From contig CM022670.1 in NCBI GenBank assembly GCA_012295275.1, forward strand, positions 6,882,001 to 6,946,000: 64,000 bases of DNA, written 5' to 3'. Shown here in pieces: positions 53,639 to 64,000 of the stretch. The DNA is from Chrysomallon squamiferum (taxonomy: Eukaryota; Animalia; Mollusca). Made by a program: the position numbers and the translations under genes. Below the pieces are notes generated by a model. It saw only the letters and a list, made by a program, of their open reading frames with translations, made no database searches and was not told the origin of the DNA. Position 1 is the first letter of the stretch. Every line of letters starts with the position of its first letter.

Positions 53639-56600
53639 TATTCTTTTTTCTTCTACTTCTTCTTCTTCATCGTCATGATCACCATCATCATCATCATCAT
53701 TTTTATTATTATTATTTTAGTAGTAGAGTAGTAGTAGTAGTAGTATTGTCATCATCATCGTCGTTGTCGTTGTCGTTGTCACATCAAAGATTAGATCGTT
53801 AGCCTTTTAATTATTGCATCCATTAAAAACTAAAATATGCAAATTAACCTTCTTTTTTTTTAATTAAGCAGTAATAAACAGTTTATGTATTAGAAAAATG
53901 ATAGTAATAATATAAAATATACTGCTGCATAAAATCAGAGCCATTTACGATAAAAACTAGCAGAAATGTTTTATTTCATACTGATCAAAGCTGCATAGCA
54001 TCAAACATTTGGCGTTTTTCTATTTGAAATGTAAAATGTTATTTTTTTCTATTTTATTAAGGCATCTCATAATAATAAGAATAATAATAATAATATTAAT
54101 AATAATAATCATCATCATCATCATCATAATCATAATACTAAATTAATAAAACAACAGCAAAGACAACAACAGTAATAATAATAACAATAATAATAATAAT
54201 ATCAATAAAATAAATAAATAAATAAATAAATAAATAAACAAACAAACAAAAAAACCCCAAAACAAACAAAACCCTGAATAACAATCGAAAATGTTAAAAT
54301 ATTTCGAGGCATTGTAATTGTTTATCTATTTTCTAATTGAGTTAAAAGCTGATCACCTCAGTCTCATACTCAATACAGAACACAACCTAAATGTAGACTA
54401 AAACGAGATGTTATCCTCGAAGATTTGGCATTATCAGTTCAGACGTACGGGAGAGTTAACAGAAATCCGAAAAAAATCAAAAGCAGAAAGAAAGATGATT
54501 CGATAACCTTTATAAATTTCTGCGAAACGTAAGCTTGATTTGTCAGAAAATAAAATATTTTTAAAAAATTAAAAAAAAATGAAAAAATGAAAACGAAAAG
54601 AATAAATTATTGATCTAGTGATATTTAAATTAATATTAACACAACACTTGAAGATAAATGGAACCAGTGTTGGATTGCAGAACTGAAAAAAACTAATTAT
54701 CTCTACAACAGGATGAGCCATTTTCACTATAAAATCCATTTATACAATACATTATCCTTATTGATCACATCAAAAACATATTGTCTAATAAAAGCGAATA
54801 ATTATAAGAATTTTTTTCTTCTTCAAAAATGGACCAAAGTGACCTTTTTAATAATTTCACACTGTTAATGGGAAAGATATTTTTGATTATTTTAGAGAAA
54901 AGTATTAAAATATTTGGTGTCAAACGGGACAGAAATTAATACAGACCACTAAGTACCATTGGACAAGTTGATGACATTGCAATCATTTGTAAAAAATATT
55001 TAAATTTTGTTTATATATATATATATATATAAATAATATTTTTATTTAAATTTATTAATCGATTCAACAACTGGTTTATTCCTTCACTTTGAAAAATGGA
55101 AAAATCGTGTCGCAAAGCCAGTTTTGACTAATTTTCGGAATCAGTAATCAATTTCTGTAAGATTCGAGGAACCAAAAGAGGAATAAACATTATTAGGAAG
55201 TTTGTTTCCTCTAATTCATTATTCATGTAGATAGAAAGATAGATAGATGAACATATAGACAGATAGAACATTTTGTTGTTGTTGTTGTTATTATTATTGT
55301 TGTTATTGTTATTATTAATCAAATTAATCTTGAATTTTTCATTTTTGTTTTTAATATTTGCACCGAGACTCGAACTGAAACTTCTTATAAATTTGCGATG
55401 CCTCTGTGAATATACCGTTGAAAACTTTGCGAGAAGAATACGTTGAAATGTTGAAACACCCATTAGAGCTCTGTGTAAACGGTTCCTATTTGAGAGATAA
55501 TTAAAAAGATGGCAGCGTTTATCTTAAAATCACGATACTATTGAGAAAACACTGTTGCAAAAAACTGTTGCGAGAAACGATACGAAACGTGACATTGCCG
55601 CATACGATCTCGAGAAAATTACAAATAGCGGCCCCTGGATGTTAACATCACTGATAATACTTGTTGAGTTAATAAATCATCCAGCCCCCGGGCGTCCGAA
55701 AACGAGATTTGTACAAATTCGAATTTTATTTTATTATTATAAAAAAAAAAAAAAAAAAAATGTTAATAACGAATCGTCTCTCTCAAACCTAATACTGATC
55801 CGTTCAGTCAAAGCCTGGCTCGCCCGTGGAGCGCGTGTTTTGACCACACACAATTTAAATACTTTAATTAACCAATTATTTCAGACTTAAATACGTTTGC
55901 TTTGGGCTGACTGTTCTATCATCACGTTGAAACCAATCCGCGGGCAGCTGAGCGCTGCTGAAGAGGGGGAACAAGCCGCAAAAGAAGGCGGGACTTTGGG
56001 AAACGAAAAGCAGACGACACTAGGTGGCAATTAAATAATCGCGCAAGTAAGGAGAGTGACGTTTGACAAGAGCAGACGACACGGATACCAAGAATTTGCT
56101 TCCTGGGCACACACCTACAGACTACCCGATATCAGATAGGTGTACTCAATTATACGCTTCAACTCCTCGCTATAATCTATCGTGAAATTTGTAAAAAGAC
56201 ACTGGAGAGATTAATTTGAAACTCTGGATCAAGGAAAGGATAGAAATTAAACAAAGAAATACATGTGAATAGAATTTTAATATTCTGGATCAGTGAAACC
56301 ATGCAGGCTTTGAAATAAAGTTGTTTTTTTTTTTTTTTATAAAAGAAGAAGACTTACTTTTTATAAAGTCTGAGCCAACGTAAGGATAAAATCGTCTAAC
56401 TCCTTAGTCACACAAAATTTGTGGTCTTGAAAAATCTTCTCTGCGAAACTCGCAGAAACAAAAGAAAGAAATCACTTGTTTCTTTTTTTGTTGAGAATGT
56501 CGTGTAAAGACATTTAAATATTTCGAGCCAGACATTTCAACTGTTTTATTTTTCAGACTCGAAGACTGTATATTTGTATCCACTTCGAGAGACGCATTTC

Positions 56601-56673
56601 CGTAGCAGTTTATATGAAGGACACGTGCTGGAAATGAAAGTTTAACATTAGCAAAAACAAGCACAGAAACCTG

Positions 56674-57244
56674 ATGCTTAAAATGAGACAAATACATAAC
56701 ACGAGAAAACATCAACGATGTCTTCAGAGAACGCTGATGATGTTGTCGTTCTTACTGCTGCAGACTATTATTATCATCCTGGTTATGTTTCGACAACCGC
56801 CATCGTTGTCCTGTCAGAAAGGTGAGCAAGTTACATGTCTGTCTGTCTGTCTGCATGCATTTATACATATATCTATCTGTTTATATCTCTTTATTTCTGT
56901 GTGTGAATGTGTGTGTATGCATGTATTTATGTATGTATTTATTTAAATTTGTATGTGTGTTTTATTACTATCATCAATACTGAAGATGGTCGTGGTATTT
57001 TCGTATACTAGATTTTCTGAATGAGTTGAATTTATCCAACTCAAACTTTAGATAAATATATTTACTGACTTTGATTAAGCTTTCTTGGTATGCAAAAATA
57101 TTTCTCTAAAAGAAGGGAAAGGTAAATTTATGACTGATTTTGGCTTACAAACAAGTGTGATTTTCTAAATGATTAGTTTCCGTTGAAATTTAATTATAGT
57201 GTCTATTTTCTATATTGTCAGGTAATTTCTTTTTTATTTATTTT

Positions 57245-57275
<31 letters not shown>

Positions 57276-57496
57276 TTTTATTTTATTTTATTTATTTACT
57301 TATTTTTTTTTTTTTTTTTAAATTTATTATTATTATTATTACTATTATTATTATTATTATTATTATTTTAATGATTATTACTACTATTATTATTATATTG
57401 ATATTATTATTATTATTTTATTATTATTACTACTACTGTTATAATTATATTGATATTATATTATTATTATTATTGTTATTATTATTATTATTATTA

Positions 57497-57554
<58 letters not shown>

Positions 57555-57898
57555 TTATTGCCAAACTAGGCTGGTGCTAACAAAATGAAAAATAAAATAA
57601 TATAAAATAAAATAAATTCTTCAGTTTTGCCAGCAAAGCACTGAAATATATACCCCGATCTCATTTTAATGTGCATTCATGTCATTATGTCTTATTCACA
57701 AATAAAAACAAAAAACAATGTAAAAGTTAGATTAACAAATGAGAAAAATAATATTTTATGTTCTTACGTTTTATTATCAGGAAAGAATACTGATTTTGTT
57801 AGAAATAAAACTGTTATTTGGAGCTTCACACTTTTTGTTAATATTACATAGGTACTCTTTTAAAATCGATAGATATATATATAGATAGATAGATAGAT

Positions 57899-57938
<40 letters not shown>

Positions 57939-58143
57939 GCAGATAGATAGATATATATACAGACAGATAGATAGATATACTATGTATATCTATCTATTTT
58001 AAAAGAGTACTATATATATATATATATATATAATAGTAAATATAAAGATATCATTATATTTTCTGACTCACCGGGAATGCCATTTTTATTAATGTTTAGT
58101 AAGATTATTTATTGTTATCATTAATGTCTAAACCATAATAAAT

Positions 58144-58181
<38 letters not shown>

Positions 58182-60932
58182 TTTTCTTCTTCTTACTGTT
58201 ATTATTTTTGTTTTTGTTGTTGTAGTTGTTACTTGTAATACTGATGTATTTAAATTTTGTGTTAATACATATTGAGAAACTTTAAAAATGTAACAAATGA
58301 AAGTAATATCTTTAAAATTTATTTTAGTACATCCTGATAAATGTTTAAATTTTATGTTAGTACATACTGATAAATGTTTAAATTTTATGTTAGTACATAC
58401 TGATAAATGTTTACATTTTATGTTAGTACATACTGATAAATGTTTAAATTTTATGTTAGTACATACTGATAAATGTTTTATTTTATGTTAGTACATAATG
58501 ATAAATGTTTAAATTTTATGTTAGTACATACTGATAAATGTTTAAATTTTATGTTAATACATAATGATAAATGTTTTATTTTATGTTAGTACATACTGAT
58601 AAATGTTTAAATTTTATGTTAATACATAATGATAAATGTTTAAATTTTATGTTAGTACATACTGATAAATAATTAAACATTTTATGTTAGTTATCATAAA
58701 CTGATAAAATGTTTTAAAAAATTGTTTTTTATTTATTTATTAACATAATTATTTATTTATTTATTTTTTTTTTAAATTTTTTATGTTATTTATTTATTAT
58801 TTATTTATTTAAATTTATTTTTTTTTTTGTTTTTTTGTTTTTTATTTACTCATTTAAAAGATAAGAAAGTAAATAAAATAATTACACAGAAATAATATAT
58901 AAAATGCGTTTATTTTTTTTTGTCAGACCATTGCATTATTATTTAATGAAAATGTCTTTTTCTTTTTGGACTTTAAAACCATATTTAACTTATTTATTCA
59001 CATCTTGCCAGAAATTTTAGATCACTTTTACAACACATACAGGTGTGCTTTAGATCATGTTCAGTACACATAGGTTGGTTTTAGACCAGTTTTACTACAA
59101 ATAGGTGGGGTTAAGACCACTTTTACTACAAACAGGTGGGATTTAGACCAGTTTTACTCCACATGGGTGGATTTTAGACCACTTTTATTAAAACGGATGG
59201 GTTTTAGACCACGTTCACTACACGTAGGTGGATTTAGACTACTTTTACTTGTTAAAGCAAACGACTCCTACGAATAGAAAGATCGCGACCTGTTCTATTT
59301 TTAAATCTCTTTTTTTTTTTTTTTTTTGCCAACCTACCTGTCGCTTTCTATAACTCACTTTCAACGTGTGCTAAGAACAACAATTAGCTCAAAGAAATCA
59401 CGTGACCTCGCTTAATGATGTGAGGTTGCATCTCTGACTGTTCAGTACTTTGTTAGGTAAATCGCTGCAATCTCTCGGATATTTATAATATTATATTTCA
59501 AGTGACTGGTATCACGTTGCGTTTAAAAAGGCGTCGGAGATGCGCCTTTATCGCTACACAAAATCATTTTTGAATATTGCCTTATCACCTCGAGGCAAAC
59601 CTAGTGTAATTAGACGGCTGTATGCATCTTTTGAATTCAGATAAGCAGGAAAAAAAAAAAAAAAAAAAAAAAACTATTAGGCATACCCAACGTAATACGA
59701 TGGCTAGATGCACCTTTTGAATTTGTAGGAAGAATTATTTATATTTAAAAAAAAGAAAAAGAAAAAGAAAAGTAAAACCGAAAAGAAAATTGAAGATTAA
59801 ACAGACTTAACAAGGTGAAAGCAAAAGTTAATAAAAAGGATTATAGCTGTATAGAATTATTATAGATATTTGCATGTTTGTTCATTTGTAGACTAGTATG
59901 TTACATGATTGCGTAGACTGGTATGTTTGATGTCTAGACTGGTACGTTTGTTGATTTTGTTGATATTTAATTATTTTATGACTAGAAAATGTAGATGATT
60001 GTGATGATGATATCAAATCTGTGTGATAAACTTCATTATTATTATTTTTTTTTTTTGCATGCATTTACATCATTTTTTATATCTTTATTATATAATATAA
60101 ATCTCTATACATTAAATGCACAGATACTCATGCTTATATTCAGTAACTATGTGAAATTACATAAACACAAAGTATCCTTGCATTCAAGCATTTTCAACAT
60201 TTATAAAATGTTTTAGACAACAAAAAATAATAAAACAAAAAAAAAAAAAAAATTAATTACGTAAAAAAAGAGTTTTGTAATAGTATGTAGCCAATGCTTA
60301 ACCATGTATTTCCGACTGATAAAAAAAAAAAAAAAAAATAATAACAATTTATCAAAGCAACTGTAATCAACGTTAACCGTCAAAATGTTTTTACTTTAGC
60401 ACCATCTATTAAAAACAGTAACAGAAAAGGTCTTACTGTTTAACAAATCGGTTTTGGTTAAAAACTTTAATATTGGATCGTTTTTTTCAAGATCAAGTTA
60501 CCAGATCAGCGTCCGCTTCGGACGACTGCAACGTATTCTTTTTTCCCCCATTTTGTCACATCCCTCGTTTAACACGAAAAACAACAAAACAAGAGAGGAG
60601 CAATGCTCCATTCTTCGCAGCCGTATTTCATCGTCACACGTTGTCCACGTTGTCCCGCGTGTTCCAGCGATGAACTGAAAGAACGAGGAGAGGTTATTGT
60701 TACGTGGCATTGATGGTCATCATCCGTAGAAGATCGTGTGTGGGCCATAGGTGTGTAAACATTGTCAAAAGTCATACACGTCCCGAGGCGGAAAATTGAA
60801 AGAAATAAGTCATTACGTATAGATTAGACAGCTATTCCGAAGTCCATTGAAGACGTTTGAATACACCTGATAAAGCAATGTGACTTCACTAATCCTGTAT
60901 TAAATCCATATATTTTTGTCTTTTTGTGTATT

Positions 60933-60972
<40 letters not shown>

Positions 60973-61236
60973 TCTGAAGTATCAGGGATTAAATGTAAAA
61001 CATATTTTGTATTGGTGCTATATACAGTGAAAAAAAAACCCAATAGTGAGCACTTAGTAAGATCATTGATATAATATAATACTGTAGGTTAGAAGGTGTG
61101 AAGTGATATGTTGGTTTCTTTGGCGTTTGTTTGTTTTTTCATAATATGAAGACAGCTCAGGAAACCAGTTGTATATATGGATTAATCGCTCGATCAAATG
61201 AAAGACACTTGTTTAACGCGTCCGAAAACATAACGA

Positions 61237-61323
<87 letters not shown>

Positions 61324-61499
61324 CTGGAAAACTGGATTTTTCTTATCGATTAGCAACAAGGAACATTTTATATGCAAGTTCCCATTGTCAGAAAGAAACA
61401 AAACATGTGATAAGCTAATCGTGCGGTGTTTATAAGAAAGGGAACTAACGAATTAAAGATAATTAATCTTGCGATAGTATATCCAAATATCGTATTGGC

Positions 61500-61541
<42 letters not shown>

Positions 61542-62355
61542 TAAACAGTAATAGAAGTAATAATAATAATCATGAATGGTAATTGTGATGGTTGTAATAA
61601 TAGTAATAATCGAAAGCCAAAAAGTACAGCAGCAGCAGCAGTAGTGGTAACAGTAATAGTAGCAGAGCTGTAGTAGTTATAAATAACAGCAGTAGTATTA
61701 TTAGAAGTAACAGTAGTAGTAGTAGCAGTGGTGTGGTGGTGGTGGTAGTGTAATAGTAATAGCAGTAGTAGTATAAAAATATTGTTATTCTTTCCCGTTT
61801 ACGCTTGTAAACAAGGTGTTATTTCTTTATTTTCAGAACCGTACGGTTTCGTTCCAACTATGCTGTTTCAGAATTCCAGTTCACCAACAAAGGACACAGA
61901 CTGTTTCGACATCTTGGAGAACTCTGCCAACGTCACGAGAACAAACTACGTCATCTACTGCGATAACAACTCTTCTCACGTCACCGACATAAAGGTTGAC
62001 AAAGATGCGCCTCCTTTCTCCATCCACTTCAAAGATCCCTGCCTCCGTCTTTTCATTAAGCAGCACTGCTACGACGGCCTCCGCGTACCCAACGTTGTGC
62101 ACTACATCTGGTTTTCCAAACACATGATGGACATCTACGGTTTTCTGAGCATGCTCAGTGCGAAGAGGTTTTTGCAACCGTGCGCTGTCTTACTTCACGC
62201 CGACGTTTTGCCGTACGGAATATTCTGGAGTCACGTGCTTCGTCTAGTACCGAACATAGTGCACGTGCAGCGTCGTGCTCCGGACAATATTTTCGGCAGA
62301 CCGTTTGGTTTCATACAACACAAGTCTGACATTGCCAGAATAGAAGCGTTAATGG
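56674..62355 (+). CDS. Type II membrane glycosyltransferase, GT32 family (alpha-1,4-GlcNAc/Gal-transferase-like), 5' part only
   Basis: Exon 56674-56821 (short basic tail, TM segment LMMLSFLLLQTIIIILVMF, donor G|GTGAG, phase 1) joins in frame to 61837-62355 (VPNVVHYIWF ... HKSDIARIEAL, donor G|GTAAG). The expected downstream GG.Y.D.D exon was not found in the window. Linking the two exons is inferred from phase and topology. Confidence 0.78.
58313..58710. repeat. 33-bp minisatellite, ~12 copies
   Basis: Unit ttttatgttagtacatactgataaatgtttaaa. Confidence 0.9.
59030..59250. repeat. Degenerate ~39-40-bp tandem repeat, ~5 copies
   Basis: Recurring aggtgg..ttttagaccacttttact motif. Confidence 0.7.
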
Positions 62356-64000
62356 GTAAGATAATAATATAAATAAATGCAGTATAAGCTTCGACATATT
62401 TAGATATCTGGGCCCGAAACCCTTGGCTTCTTATATATATATTTTTTTTTTTGCTATACTTTACTTTTACAGACTTGATCTCTGACTGGCAGCTAAAATG
62501 CATTTAGGTTATGTGTCGACATCACCACAGGAACATTTAATTAGCACACGCAGCTTACAAAAGAGATAATACCGGTATCATATTTTGCCTGGTGACTCGA
62601 TCATTAGTGCTTTGAAACATTTAGCGAGTTATGTTGTGTATGATAATAACCGTTTTGGTGTTTGTTTACCTGTAATCCCATTTGGTTTGTATGTTTTTAA
62701 AAAGCCATAAAAAGTTATTTTATATGCAAAGCAGCAAAGGGCAAGAAACGATGCGTGTAACGAAAGGATTATCGGGTATTACCGAAGAGCTTTCATCTCG
62801 GCCACATTAGCAGTGCCACTGGCAGTCATTTCGTAACGTTATAGGACGTCACACGCAGCAGTTACTCAAGCAAAGAAGAGCAAATCGCCACAAGTGATAA
62901 AAGAACGACAAAGACGTAGACCGTAACTCGAAGCGCGTCCCCTTTAAACGCCGAGTATCAGTTACAACCTCAATGACTGGTACTTTTCTTGTCAGCTCAA
63001 TTGTGTATGTCAGTCTAGTTCATGATGATAACATTATGTCGTCTTGGCATTTCTTTTTGAAAGGATAAAAAAAAAGAGAGAAAAGGAAGCCTTTAATTTA
63101 TCTCCTCTGAACGCTGTGGGTAAATAATTGGTAGATTCGTGATGAGTGTAGACCTGTTTTGAATTTTAAAATAAAAACTTGTAAAGATCCGCTGTCAATG
63201 GCGGTGTGGTGGTTGGTCCGGTGTCGTGGTGTGAAGAGTATCAAACATGAGAGGTTCCATTATGGCCGTTTCACACCGCCTGGCCACAGGGAAGTTTGTT
63301 CCGCACACAGTCCGACATCTGAAGGTCCACGTGTTACTTCTCTTTGACGATTCCAGTCCACCGTAAAGTTATCAAAACCTGACCAAAATTACGATTAAAA
63401 AAAGACTTCTTTGAAGAGTAGCTTCCACTGTTTGCTTTTCAAACTAGGTTTTACGTCGGTTTCCAGCCTTGTTGTCCAGAAATCCTTGAACGTTGAGGCC
63501 TACGTGCTCTCTTCGTCGTAAGGCGACAGAATCAATCAAAATATCTGTCTCTGTCCTGTAACCAGTGGCCATCACATTTTACCGATGCTGACGTTTCGCA
63601 ACAATGGAATTCACTAAACAAACAATGACAGACACTTTTTTTTCTTTAACTTATAGAGATTTGTGGAATTAAAGTACAGTCCAATTAGCGTGAACAGAGA
63701 ATGGTGAACGTATGATATAAAGAGCACTGATCTTTTTAAACATACGGTGTTTCTTTCTTTCTTTCTTTTTTTTTCTTTTAAAAAAAAAAAAAAACAAAAC
63801 AAAAACCCGAAGAGAAACGTTTGTGGTAGACATGTAATAGAGTCAGGATATTATTCATACTAATTAATTTTAATCAAGTTTTTATATTTCTATTTATTAA
63901 AGTTTTTTTCACCAGGGTCATGACATCCATGCTTTTGAATTTCTGCATTTGACCATCGTGGTTTTGTCCTGCTTACATTATTTTATTTTACTCTTGCTCT

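Noticed and set aside
60454-60800. CpG-rich patch with several short ORFs inside the glycosyltransferase intron
   Set aside because: No consistent splice sites or recognisable protein; may be regulatory or an old repeat.
63190-63530. More GC-rich stretch with broken minus-strand frames (…FKDFWTTRLETDVKPSLKSKQWKLLF…)
   Set aside because: Possibly a retroelement remnant, but there are stops and no diagnostic motif; it does not contain the expected next GT32 exon.

Overview
Eukaryotic, very AT-rich, microsatellite-dense animal DNA; an invertebrate, probably a mollusc (inference from gene content and repeat style). Almost all ORFs in the supplied track are microsatellite artefacts or single exons, so I built spliced models by hand from GT-AG junctions and reading-frame phase. 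Six protein-coding genes: (1) an 8-exon minus-strand PUB-domain (p97/VCP-binding family) protein, 3517-8334; (2) a divergent 9-exon FAM47-family gene, 11303-19353; (3) a single-coding-exon 334-aa ORF of unknown function, 27205-28209 (-); (4, 5) a head-to-head pair of secreted two-FAS1-domain fasciclin paralogues, 38362-42979 (-) and 44801-49116 (+); (6) the 5' part of a GT32-type glycosyltransferase starting at 56674 (+). Main finding: the PUB gene ends GGT GGA GGT GGA TGA GGT TAG (-G-G-G-G-U-G-stop) and has a canonical type II SECIS element about 560 nt downstream on the same strand (2896-2961). This strongly suggests a soluble PUB-domain selenoprotein with a SELENOS/SELENOK-like penultimate selenocysteine, a family outside the standard metazoan selenoprotein set as I know it. 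Also present: two copies of a TA-flanked MITE, a hAT-type MITE, minisatellites anchored on splice junctions, fold-back palindromes next to (TA)n, and a mosaic CpG landscape.
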